Of a stretch of DNA of 64,000 bases, positions 39,902 to 48,748 are shown one piece after another. The stretch is from NCBI GenBank assembly GCA_038114465.1, contig JAYNQW010000014.1:13453-77452 (forward strand), in the 5' to 3' direction. The position numbers and the translations under genes are program-made. Within the stretch, counting starts at the first letter, position 1; each line of letters begins with the position of its first letter. This DNA is from Rhodospirillaceae bacterium (GTDB lineage: Bacteria; Pseudomonadota; Alphaproteobacteria; Rhodospirillales; CALINB01). Below the pieces are notes generated by a model. It did no database searches. It saw only the letters and a program-made list of their open reading frames with translations, and had not been told where the DNA came from.

Positions 39902-42010
39902 CTACGACAATATCAGGAGCGACGGCCATTTGAGCGACGGCATCGGTTCGATGGCAATGCCCGCGCCATCTTTGTCTTTTTTCCAGGAAACATCGATGAG
40001 TTCGCCGGTTTCGAGGTTCCCCCAATGCGCCCGGCCTGATTTTCTCAGCAAGGATGACGGATCGATCAAGTCTAATAAGCCATCACCTGATACTGAGCCC
40101 GGTAACAATAAATAAATGTCCTGATCGCCGGCTTTCATTGAGCAAACCGAACCAGCTTCATTCGATTGCCGGTCCAATAATTCCACATCTTCATTCAAGA
40201 CGGACATGAAGCTGTTGAGATGCTGGAAGACGAAACTCGTCGGACGCGGATTGAAACGCCGGTCGAACAGTCCCCGGCGGGGGAAATATCCCCGATCGAC
40301 ATCGATAAAGGTGTCGAGAAACACATCGACATTATCCAAAGCGAATGCCGCGGCGATGGCTTCGGATATTTGGCTTGCGTTGAGCTGATCATCCGCGTTT
40401 TCGGTGGCCGGGTTTTCCGTCGCCAGGCGAATATTGACGACAGCTTTAAATTCACGTGCCTGGGCAAGCTCACTGATCTCTTGAATTTCCGACCAGGGCG
40501 ATTTATCCAGGCCGACACGGAGGATAAACCCGTCGGCGGCATCACCTGCCCCATCGAGGGCACGAAATTCGTCGATGTCAGCGACTTCCGAGGCCCTGAA
40601 ACCGTAACTCACAAAATGGCTGAACTGCGAGCCAGCCCGTTTTTTATCGGCAGACGTTTCGATTTTAGCCAAATAAATAGGTACGCCCGTTTCCTGTTTA
40701 ATCTTTGTCAGCGCGGGGATCATGCCACCCTTGTGCCGCCATTGAACGATGACTTCCAAGACATCAACGATATCCCGGTAGTTGGTTAAAGCTTCCCGCG
40801 CCCGGCCAACAGGAGGTTCAAAGGAAAACACCGTGATCTGATGGCCAATCCTTTTTAGTGCCGCCAACCGGTTTCGGGTCCGCTCCTCTAAAAGTTCAGT
40901 TAATGGCACGCGGATTTTTTGGATACCGAGTTCCCAAAGGGCAAGCAAAGTATAGTCGTTGCGCACCCGTTTGCGAGAAAACTCTTCCATCGGCCCGTTG
41001 TAGGGAAGATCGCTCACTTCATTCCAAGGATGACGTAGATGCACACCGACAGGTGCGCTCGAGATTTCCTTCGCATGATACGTGCTGATCTTTGGCGCCG
41101 GTGGCGCGATTTTTTCACCAAGTGCAATTTCTTCGCCATTGGTGCGGATTAATCTTGCGGCATGGCCGTTTTCGTAAACGTTGACCATAAAAAATCCGAG
41201 CTTATCGGTATCGTTTCGGCCGAATTGATCGGCAGGTCCGATCCGAAACAACTCCGAATAGTCTTGCCTGAAAAAAGACGTCGCCGGCAGGATGTAGGAT
41301 TCGGCGTCCGCCAACCGGTTATAGAAAAACCCGTGAACGTGACCGCAAAACAAAGCTTCGACCGAATATTTTTCGATTAGGCGCAATAGCCGCGAACGGC
41401 CCGGCTCATCGATGTTGTCGTAATGGGAAGCCTCTTCGGGCGAACGAATATAAGGCGGGTAATGGGTGCAAAGAAAAATGCGCTTACCGTCGTGATCGGC
41501 AAGATCACGCTCAAGCCATTCCCATTGAATACCTTCGCATTTAAAGCCTGAGTTGATGATCTGCGCATCAATCATCGTGAAGTGACAATCTCCGTGATCA
41601 AAAGACAAATAATCGGCGCCGAAATAACGCTGATATTGATCGACGAATTGTTCTTCGATTTGTCCCGCCGGCATTTGATCGTTCGGTTTATCACCCACAT
41701 CATGATTGCCGGGTATAAAACGGATATCCTTATTGAGTTTAACGAAAGCCGCCTTGGCCGCCTCGCAGGCCGGCCCATAGGTCGGCAGTTCGGGCACCGG
41801 ATGAACAATGTCTCCGAGATGTATAACAAATTCAGGATCAAGCTGATTGAGAAGCTCAATCACATAACGAGTCCGGCCGTTGGCGTGCAGATTAACCTCG
41901 AACGGAGACGATTCATCGCCCTCTTCCGGACGCATATGCGTATCGGCAATGACGGCAAAGGTAAAAAGATGCCCGCCTAAGGATGGATTGGTACGCTTGT
42001 CGGTTTCCAT
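39902..42010 (-). CDS. Metallophosphoesterase-domain protein fused to a large uncharacterised C-terminal region
   Basis: 702 aa. The N-terminal ~300 aa carry calcineurin-like motifs (ADTH, GDIVH, GNHD, CTHYPP, GHVHG). I recognise no family in the C-terminal ~400 aa. Confidence 0.6.
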   Translation of the reverse strand: METDKRTNPSLGGHLFTFAVIADTHMRPEEGDESSPFEVNLHANGRTRYVIELLNQLDPEFVIHLGDIVHPVPELPTYGPACEAAKAAFVKLNKDIRFIPGNHDVGDKPNDQMPAGQIEEQFVDQYQRYFGADYLSFDHGDCHFTMIDAQIINSGFKCEGIQWEWLERDLADHDGKRIFLCTHYPPYIRSPEEASHYDNIDEPGRSRLLRLIEKYSVEALFCGHVHGFFYNRLADAESYILPATSFFRQDYSELFRIGPADQFGRNDTDKLGFFMVNVYENGHAARLIRTNGEEIALGEKIAPPAPKISTYHAKEISSAPVGVHLRHPWNEVSDLPYNGPMEEFSRKRVRNDYTLLALWELGIQKIRVPLTELLEERTRNRLAALKRIGHQITVFSFEPPVGRAREALTNYRDIVDVLEVIVQWRHKGGMIPALTKIKQETGVPIYLAKIETSADKKRAGSQFSHFVSYGFRASEVADIDEFRALDGAGDAADGFILRVGLDKSPWSEIQEISELAQAREFKAVVNIRLATENPATENADDQLNASQISEAIAAAFALDNVDVFLDTFIDVDRGYFPRRGLFDRRFNPRPTSFVFQHLNSFMSVLNEDVELLDRQSNEAGSVCSMKAGDQDIYLLLPGSVSGDGLLDLIDPSSLLRKSGRAHWGNLETGELIDVSWKKDKDGAGIAIEPMPSLKWPSLLILS

Positions 42011-42104
42011 AAACGCCCCGCTATCGTTTCTCTTAATATCTTTCCACTATCTATAACCGAGCAATACGCTCATAGAGCCAATAGGGATCATTAAACTGGC
42101 CACA

Positions 42105-43163
42105 TCAGCCATTCAAAACCCTTTGCGCGATCTCTTTGCCGAATTCATCGCAATTCATATCCCCGCCCAAGTCCCGGGTTCGGCGTGCCTGTAATTGCGC
42201 ATCCACCGCCGCCTCGATTGCCTGACCGGCTTCATTGAAAGCAGGATTGTTGTGTTTTGCCGCGAGCCACGTAAACAACATCCCGCACGAAAGGATCATA
42301 GCCGTCGGATTGGCAATGTTCTGCCCGGCGATATCGGGGGCTGAGCCGTGCGCGGCTTGTGCGATGCAATGATCGAGGCTTGAATTGATGGAACTGCCGA
42401 TGCCGAGGCCGCCCGACAATTCGGCCGTCAGATCGGAAAGCAGGTCACCGTATAAATTCGTCGCGACGATTAAATCGAAGCTTTCGGGCCGGCGGACGGC
42501 AAGCGCGAACATCGCATCCACAATGACCTCTTCCACCTCAACCTCAGGATAGTCTTTGGTAACATCCCGGGCCGCTTCAAGGAATAAACCGTCCGTCATT
42601 TTCATGACATGAACTTTGTGCAGCAACGTCACTTTTTTGCGTCGCTGCATGGCCAGTTCACAGGCTGCCCGCGTAATCCGGGCCGAAGCCTCATAACTGA
42701 TATTGCGAACGGCTTGAGCCAGTTTCGGAGTCACCATGAACTCACCATGGCCCGCGTACATATTCCGATCAGCATAAAATCCTTCGGTATTTTCCCGCGC
42801 CACGATTAAGTCCATTGCCTTAACATGAGCCGGCACGCCCGGACGCACCTTGCAGGGCCGCATATTGGCAAACAGGTCCATCTTCATACGAATGATGCTG
42901 GAAGGGTTCGGATAAGTTTGATGCTCCGCCGGATAAGAATTTGCATCATGCGGTCCCATGATGACACCGTCAGCGGCATGGCATTTTTCCAGCACCGAAT
43001 CATGAAAAGCATGCTGATGGGTCTTGATACCGGCATGACCGACGTCATCCTGTTCGAATCGCAATCCCAGACCGAATCGTTTTTCTGCTGATTCGAGTAC
43101 GGGCATCGATGCCGCGATGACTTCAGGACCGATTCCATCGCATTCGAGAATTAAAATGCGCAC
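42105..43163 (-). CDS. Isocitrate/isopropylmalate dehydrogenase family protein (tartrate dehydrogenase/decarboxylase-like)
   Basis: Begins VRILILECDGIGPEV and carries ENTEG.Y and NLYGD.LSD motifs. I chose the GTG at 43163, which has GGAG 9 nt upstream. The listed ORF start at 43298 would run through tRNA-Val. Confidence 0.75.
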   Translation of the reverse strand: MRILILECDGIGPEVIAASMPVLESAEKRFGLGLRFEQDDVGHAGIKTHQHAFHDSVLEKCHAADGVIMGPHDANSYPAEHQTYPNPSSIIRMKMDLFANMRPCKVRPGVPAHVKAMDLIVARENTEGFYADRNMYAGHGEFMVTPKLAQAVRNISYEASARITRAACELAMQRRKKVTLLHKVHVMKMTDGLFLEAARDVTKDYPEVEVEEVIVDAMFALAVRRPESFDLIVATNLYGDLLSDLTAELSGGLGIGSSINSSLDHCIAQAAHGSAPDIAGQNIANPTAMILSCGMLFTWLAAKHNNPAFNEAGQAIEAAVDAQLQARRTRDLGGDMNCDEFGKEIAQRVLNG

Positions 43164-43203
43164 TAATTGAGGCTCCGATTTGAAATTGAAAATCAACAAA
43201 TAA

Positions 43204-43279
43204 TGGTGGGCGGTGACGGGTTCGAACCGCCGACATCCACGGTGTAAACGTGGCGCTCTCCCAACTGAGCTAACCGCCC
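43204..43279 (-). tRNA. tRNA-Val (anticodon TAC)
   Basis: Hand-folded with acceptor stem GGGCGGT/ACCGCCC, anticodon stem CCACG/CGTGG with loop TTTACAC, a TTCGAAC T-loop and an encoded CCA. Confidence 0.9.
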
Positions 43280-43367
43280 GGAGGCGTGAAATTATCACAA
43301 CTACCCCGAAATACCATCCATAGAACCCTTGGAATTTCGGTCATTTTGAAAAAATATTCTCTGTCAG

Positions 43368-43405
43368 GCAAAAATAAACGGCCCTCGAGCAAACGAGAGC
43401 CGTTT
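43368..43405 (-). terminator. Rho-independent terminator downstream of hupB
   Basis: A 12-bp stem with one mismatch (43376-43387 pairing 43394-43405) is followed on the minus strand by AUUUUUG. Confidence 0.6.
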
Positions 43406-43427
43406 ATATGTAAGCTATTGAAATTGC

Positions 43428-43700
43428 TTAGTTTACAGCTTCCTTCAAGGCTTTGCCGGCTTTGAATTTCGGCTGGTTAGAAGCCGGAATTTGAATAGCT
43501 TCGCCTGTGCGGGGATTGCGCCCCGTTGTGGCGGCCCGGCGGCTAACGCTGAAGGTGCCAAAACCAACAAGACGAACTTCTGTTTTGGTTTTCAGTGAAT
43601 CAATGATGGCATCGATCACACCGTCAACAGCTTTCGTCGAATCAGCTTTTGATAAACCAGTGTTGTTAGCAACTGTAGCAATAAGATCGTTTTTGTTCAC
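43428..43700 (-). CDS. hupB: DNA-binding protein HU
   Basis: 90 aa starting MNKNDLI with GFGTF...R.GRNPRTGE..I, the canonical HU/IHF fold sequence. Confidence 0.95.
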   Translation of the reverse strand: MNKNDLIATVANNTGLSKADSTKAVDGVIDAIIDSLKTKTEVRLVGFGTFSVSRRAATTGRNPRTGEAIQIPASNQPKFKAGKALKEAVN

Positions 43701-43949
43701 TATGCGACCCCCCTCTCATGGAGATGAATAAAAATTGAAAAAACCGAGGTAACTTAAAACCTGACCATCAATAGTTTAGATCGTAAATTTTCACGGCGTC
43801 AATTGGAGAAGCGCAGATTTCCACAGTTTTTTAGGACTCTTTGATTTGTTTAAAAAATTTATTGCGCTTAAAAAAATTTTTAAGACCACAACAAATTAAT
43901 ACGTTGCATAGTGTGCACCGCTTGAGACGCGTATCTAATTGAAATTGCT

Positions 43950-43977
43950 CAAAAGCCAGATTCGCAATTCGCGAATC
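43950..43977 (-). terminator. Rho-independent terminator downstream of lon
   Basis: A minus-strand hairpin GATTCGC-gaatt-GCGAATC (43959-43977) begins 18 nt after the lon stop. It is followed by UGGCUUUUG. Confidence 0.55.
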
Positions 43978-43995
43978 GCTTACTGCGCCAATGAA

Positions 43996-46407
43996 CTAAT
44001 GGGTTCTCAGACCGCCAATATCGTCTTCATCACCGGAAGACTTCGAAAGTGAATTTTCTTCGGCATCGTCTTCTTCATTCCATTCAATCGGAGTCAGCGG
44101 GTGAGCGAGTGCATGTTCAAGCACCTCATCAACCGTGCCGACAGGAATGATCGTCAGACCCCTTTTCACATTATCGGGAATTTCGGCCAGATCCTTTTCG
44201 TTGTCCTTCGGAATAAGAACCTTTTTGATGCCGCCCCGTAAGGCCGCTAAAAGCTTCTCTTTAAGTCCGCCGATCGGCAGAACACGGCCACGCAGCGTAA
44301 CCTCACCGGTCATCGCCACATCCTTGACCACGGCAACGCCTGTGAGCACGGAAATGATCGAAGTCGCCATCGCCACACCAGCTGATGGTCCGTCTTTCGG
44401 TGTCGCCCCCTCCGGCACGTGAACGTGAATATCCTTGCGCCGGAAAAGCGTCGGCACGATGCCAAATTCGACGGCTCGCGACTGAACGTAGGATTTCGCT
44501 GCTTGAATGGATTCCTGCATGACATCGCCGAGCTTACCGGTGATCGTCATGCGGCCTTTACCCGGGACCATCACAGCTTCGATGGAGAGCAATTCACCGC
44601 CAACTTCGGTCCATGCCAGGCCTGTCGTGATACCAACCATGTCTTCCAGTTCGGCTTCGCCGTAACGGAAACGTCTGACACCGGCATACTTCCCTAAGTT
44701 ACGCCGAGTAACATGAACCCCTTCTTTATCGCTCATCAGAATATCTTTGATGGCTTTGCGGGCCAAGTTCGCGATTTCCCGTTCAAGATTACGAACGCCG
44801 GCTTCACGGGTGTAGTAACGAATGATATCGAGGATCGCTGAATCCGAAATCGACCATTCGTTTTCCTTCAAACCATGGTCCTTGATTTGCTTTGGAATGA
44901 GGTGACGTTTTGCGATTTCCACCTTCTCATCTTCCGTATAGCCAGACAAACGAATGGTTTCCATCCGGTCTAATAACGGCGGCGGAATGCGTAATGTGTT
45001 TGCCGTCGTCACGAACAAGACGTCCGACAAATCATAATCAATTTCCAAATAGTGGTCATTGAAGCTTGAATTCTGTTCCGGATCCAACACTTCCAGCAAT
45101 GCAGAGGCCGGATCACCACGCCAGTCCTGGCCCATCTTGTCGATTTCATCGAGCAAGAAAAGCGGATTGGAAGATTTTGCTTTTTTCATACCTTGGATGA
45201 TTTTACCCGGCATGGAACCGATATACGTGCGTCTGTGGCCGCGAACTTCGGCTTCATCACGTACGCCGCCCAACGACATGCGGACAAAATTCCGCCCGGA
45301 CGCTTTGGCGATTGATTTACCCAAGGACGTTTTACCGACACCCGGAGGCCCGACGAGACACAAAATAGGCCCGCGGACTTTCTTGGTCCGCTGTTGCACG
45401 GCAAGGTATTCAAGAATGCGTTCTTTGACCTTCTCAAGCCCATAGTGATCGGCATCGAGCACTTCCATCGCCTTATTGAGGTCTTTCTTCACCTTGGTCC
45501 GCTTTTTCCACGGAATACTGAGCATCCAATCGAGATAATTTCGAACGACTGTCGCTTCGGCGGACATCGGGCTCATATTGCGAAGCTTTTTGAGTTCCGT
45601 TTCTGATTTTTCTAGAGCTTCCTTGGAAAGCTTGGTCTCTTTGATGCGTTCTTCGAATTCGGCAATTTCATCACGGCCGTCTTCGGTTTCGCCGAGCTCT
45701 TTTTGAATCGCCTTCAATTGTTCGTTCAAATAGTACTCACGCTGGGTTTTCTCCATTTGACGTTTAACCCGGTTGCGAATTTTCTTTTCAACCTGCAACA
45801 CGCCAATTTCGGATTCCATAAACGAATACACCCGCTCAAGCCGTTCGGCAGTGGAAACAATTTCCAACAGCTCCTGCTTTTCGGGAATTTTCAGCGCCAA
45901 GTGAGATGCAACCGTATCGGCCAGTTTATCCGGTTCGGTAATCTGATTGATCGATACCAAGGCTTCCGGCGGTATTTTCTTATTCAGTTTGATGTATTGC
46001 TCAAACTGCGTCACCACCGAACGCGATAAGGCTTCGAGCTCACTGGGATCATCGATAACTTCTTCGATAATCTCCGCTTCGGCTTGGAAAAAATCTTCAT
46101 TATCCAAATAACGATTGATCCGGGCACGCTGACCGCCTTCGACTAGAACCTTGACTGTCCCGTCCGGTAATTTCAACAATTGAAGAACGGTCGCGACCGA
46201 TCCGACGTCAAAGATATCCTCTGTTTTCGGATCGTCCTGAGCGGCGTTTTTCTGAGCCACCAGCAGAATTTTTTTGTCGTCCTTCATCACATCTTCAAGG
46301 GCCCGCACGGATTTATCGCGGCCGACGAATAACGGCACGATCATATGCGGGAACACGACGATGTCGCGAAGCGGCAGAACGGGGAAAATATCAATTTGTG
46401 CGGTCAC
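43996..46407 (-). CDS. lon: ATP-dependent Lon protease
   Basis: 803 aa with a LON N-domain, AAA+ Walker A GPPGVGKTS, and the protease motif PKDGPSAG. Confidence 0.97.
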   Translation of the reverse strand: MTAQIDIFPVLPLRDIVVFPHMIVPLFVGRDKSVRALEDVMKDDKKILLVAQKNAAQDDPKTEDIFDVGSVATVLQLLKLPDGTVKVLVEGGQRARINRYLDNEDFFQAEAEIIEEVIDDPSELEALSRSVVTQFEQYIKLNKKIPPEALVSINQITEPDKLADTVASHLALKIPEKQELLEIVSTAERLERVYSFMESEIGVLQVEKKIRNRVKRQMEKTQREYYLNEQLKAIQKELGETEDGRDEIAEFEERIKETKLSKEALEKSETELKKLRNMSPMSAEATVVRNYLDWMLSIPWKKRTKVKKDLNKAMEVLDADHYGLEKVKERILEYLAVQQRTKKVRGPILCLVGPPGVGKTSLGKSIAKASGRNFVRMSLGGVRDEAEVRGHRRTYIGSMPGKIIQGMKKAKSSNPLFLLDEIDKMGQDWRGDPASALLEVLDPEQNSSFNDHYLEIDYDLSDVLFVTTANTLRIPPPLLDRMETIRLSGYTEDEKVEIAKRHLIPKQIKDHGLKENEWSISDSAILDIIRYYTREAGVRNLEREIANLARKAIKDILMSDKEGVHVTRRNLGKYAGVRRFRYGEAELEDMVGITTGLAWTEVGGELLSIEAVMVPGKGRMTITGKLGDVMQESIQAAKSYVQSRAVEFGIVPTLFRRKDIHVHVPEGATPKDGPSAGVAMATSIISVLTGVAVVKDVAMTGEVTLRGRVLPIGGLKEKLLAALRGGIKKVLIPKDNEKDLAEIPDNVKRGLTIIPVGTVDEVLEHALAHPLTPIEWNEEDDAEENSLSKSSGDEDDIGGLRTH

Positions 46408-46503
46408 GTAAACGTCCCTTTACACTAGTGGTAGAAGCTCATGCACGGAGGATATCAAGATTTAGACGTGTTTGGCGAATCCAGAAACTCAGTGACCCAA
46501 CAA

Positions 46504-46533
46504 AGATGGCCCCAAATATTAGAAAATCAAGGG
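46504..46533 (-). promoter_or_regulatory. Candidate sigma-32-type heat-shock promoter for lon
   Basis: The minus strand reads CCCTTGAT-N14-GGCCATCT, about 100 nt upstream of the lon ATG. It resembles the CTTGAA / CCCCATNT consensus. Confidence 0.35.
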
Positions 46534-46541
46534 ACAGCGGG

Positions 46542-47807
46542 TTAAGCACTGGTTTCCAGGTCATCCTTACGGTCAGCGTAGATATAGAGGGGTTTTGCTT
46601 GATCTTCGGCGACTTCGTGGTTGATCACGATTTCTTCGACACCATCCATCGCAGGCAAATCAAACATCGTATCAAGAAGGATGTTTTCCATGATGGAGCG
46701 CAGGCCGCGTGCACCGGTTTTTCGCTCAACTGCTTTCTTAGCAATTGAATCTAAGGCCTTGTCAGTAAAGGATAAATTAACATCCTCCATTTCGAACAGC
46801 CGTTGATACTGTTTGACCAATGCATTTTTCGGCCGGGTCAAAATCTCAATTAAAGCGTCCTGATCCAAGTCATTCAGAGTCGCGATGACCGGCAGCCGTC
46901 CGACAAATTCGGGAATCAAACCGAATTTCAAAAGATCTTCAGGCTCGACTTCGCTCAGGATTTCGCCGGTTTGGCGCTCTTCAGGCGGTGTAACATCAGC
47001 ACCGAAACCAATTGAGGTCCCCTTTCCTCTGGCCGATATGATTTTATCGAGCCCCGAAAAAGCGCCGCCGCAAATAAAGAGAATATTTGTTGTGTCGACC
47101 TGCAAAAACTCTTGTTGCGGATGTTTTCGCCCCCCTTGCGGCGGCACACTGGCGACCGTGCCCTCCATGATCTTGAGAAGCGCCTGCTGAACACCCTCAC
47201 CAGATACATCGCGCGTAATAGACGGATTGTCGGATTTACGGGAAATCTTATCAACCTCATCAATGTAAACAATGCCGCGCTGAGCTCGCTCAACATTGTA
47301 GTCGGCAGATTGAAGCAGCTTGAGAATGATATTCTCGACATCTTCACCGACATAACCGGCCTCGGTGAGTGTGGTCGCATCCGCCATCGTGAACGGCACG
47401 TCCAATATACGCGCCAGCGTTTGCGCCAGCAGCGTTTTGCCGCAACCGGTCGGGCCAACCAGCAAAATATTAGATTTTGCGAGCTCGACGTCGTTGTTTT
47501 TTGCACCGTGCGCCAGGCGCTTGTAATGATTATGCACCGCAACGGATAGAACACGCTTTGCCTGAACCTGGCCAATGACATAATCATTCAGAACCGTATT
47601 GATATCGCTGGGATTAGGGACCCCATCACCCGGTTTGACGAGGCTCGTCTTGTTTTCCTCGCGGATAATATCCATGCATAGCTCAACGCATTCATCGCAA
47701 ATGAATACGGTCGGCCCGGCAATCAGCTTGCGGACCTCATGCTGGCTTTTGCCGCAGAATGAACAGTAAAGGGTATTTTTGGAATCACCGCCGGCGGTTT
47801 TACTCAT
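46542..47807 (-). CDS. clpX: ATP-dependent Clp protease ATP-binding subunit ClpX
   Basis: 421 aa with an N-terminal zinc-binding C..C...C..C motif, Walker A GPTGCGKT, and a ClpX-type IGF-loop region. Confidence 0.97.
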   Translation of the reverse strand: MSKTAGGDSKNTLYCSFCGKSQHEVRKLIAGPTVFICDECVELCMDIIREENKTSLVKPGDGVPNPSDINTVLNDYVIGQVQAKRVLSVAVHNHYKRLAHGAKNNDVELAKSNILLVGPTGCGKTLLAQTLARILDVPFTMADATTLTEAGYVGEDVENIILKLLQSADYNVERAQRGIVYIDEVDKISRKSDNPSITRDVSGEGVQQALLKIMEGTVASVPPQGGRKHPQQEFLQVDTTNILFICGGAFSGLDKIISARGKGTSIGFGADVTPPEERQTGEILSEVEPEDLLKFGLIPEFVGRLPVIATLNDLDQDALIEILTRPKNALVKQYQRLFEMEDVNLSFTDKALDSIAKKAVERKTGARGLRSIMENILLDTMFDLPAMDGVEEIVINHEVAEDQAKPLYIYADRKDDLETSA

Positions 47808-48019
47808 TATTTCTCCAGTGATCGCGCAAGGACGTACAGGCCAATTCTAGGAATGATACTAACCGTAGTACTTTACGTCATACAAGCCCCCAAGACCGGG
47901 AGTTTCGCAGTATTTTTAATTTTTCAGACGTATATAGCCGATTAGTCGAAGCATTCCCCGGGCATACAATTATTACACGATAAAAGTTTACCAAACGTTG
48001 TCTTAAGCTTGGATTAATC

Positions 48020-48670
48020 CTAGTCGGATTTTGTGCTTTCATCACCGCCATCATAAGTGCCGGGCCGTTCGGTAACGACCTCATCGATCAAACCAAAATC
48101 GACCGATTCTTGCGGACTCATGTACTTATCGCGCTCGACCGCTTCTTCAATCACCTTAAGCGGCTGGCCAGTGTGATCTACATAAATTTGGTTCAACCGT
48201 TCGCGCAATGAGAGGATTTCACGGGCTTGAATTTCAATATCCGTCGCCTGCCCCTGAGCCCCGCCAGAAGGTTGATGAATCATGATCCGCGAGTTCGGCA
48301 AAGCATAGCGCTTACCTTTCGTGCCCGCACATAACAATAACGAGCCCATGGAAGCCGCCTGGCCGATGCACACCGTTGAAATATCGGGCCGGATATAACG
48401 CATGGTGTCGTAAATCGCGAGACCGGATGTCACAACCCCACCGGGTGAATTTACATAAAGGGAGATGTCTTTTTTCGGGTTTTCTGATTCCAAAAACAAT
48501 AGTTGTGCACAAATGAGACTCGAAACACCGTCATTGATGCCGCCGGTAATAAAAATGATCCGTTCTTTCAAAAGACGGGAATAAATATCGTATGCCCGCT
48601 CGCCACGGTTCGTGGTTTCAACCACCATCGGAACCAAATTGTTCATCGTAAATTCAAGCGGGTCGCTCAT
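48020..48670 (-). CDS. clpP: ATP-dependent Clp protease proteolytic subunit ClpP
   Basis: 216 aa with GQAASMGS (active-site Ser) and MIHQP (His) motifs. Confidence 0.97.
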   Translation of the reverse strand: MSDPLEFTMNNLVPMVVETTNRGERAYDIYSRLLKERIIFITGGINDGVSSLICAQLLFLESENPKKDISLYVNSPGGVVTSGLAIYDTMRYIRPDISTVCIGQAASMGSLLLCAGTKGKRYALPNSRIMIHQPSGGAQGQATDIEIQAREILSLRERLNQIYVDHTGQPLKVIEEAVERDKYMSPQESVDFGLIDEVVTERPGTYDGGDESTKSD

Positions 48671-48715
48671 CTTGATATTTCCTTTACTCGTTCGTACCGG
48701 TTTCGGTTTCCATTG

Positions 48716-48744
48716 ATATGGGAATACAGAGGCAGGCTTGGCAA
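48716..48744 (-). promoter_or_regulatory. Candidate sigma-32-type promoter for clpP
   Basis: The minus strand reads TTGCCA-N15-TCCCATAT, about 46 nt upstream of the clpP ATG. This is by-eye consensus matching only. Confidence 0.3.
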
Positions 48745-48748
48745 ATAA

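Noticed and set aside
31633-43203. The tRNA-flanked block as an active integrative element (integrase-mediated genomic island)
   Set aside because: There is no integrase, excisionase, transposase or conjugation gene. I found no direct repeat of the tRNA-Val 3' end at the far border, only a 6-nt GGGTTC coincidence near 31668. It is better described as an accessory metabolic insert of uncertain origin.
42105-43298. 397-aa version of the IDH-like ORF starting at 43298
   Set aside because: Its first ~45 codons run through tRNA-Val (43204..43279). Family similarity begins at VRILILECDGIGPEV, where a GTG at 43163 has a GGAG Shine-Dalgarno sequence 9 nt upstream.
47808-48019. The 212-bp clpP-clpX spacer as a possible sRNA locus
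   Set aside because: I could not find a convincing promoter and terminator pair or a stable conserved-looking structure by eye. Long clpP-clpX spacers are common. I left it unannotated.
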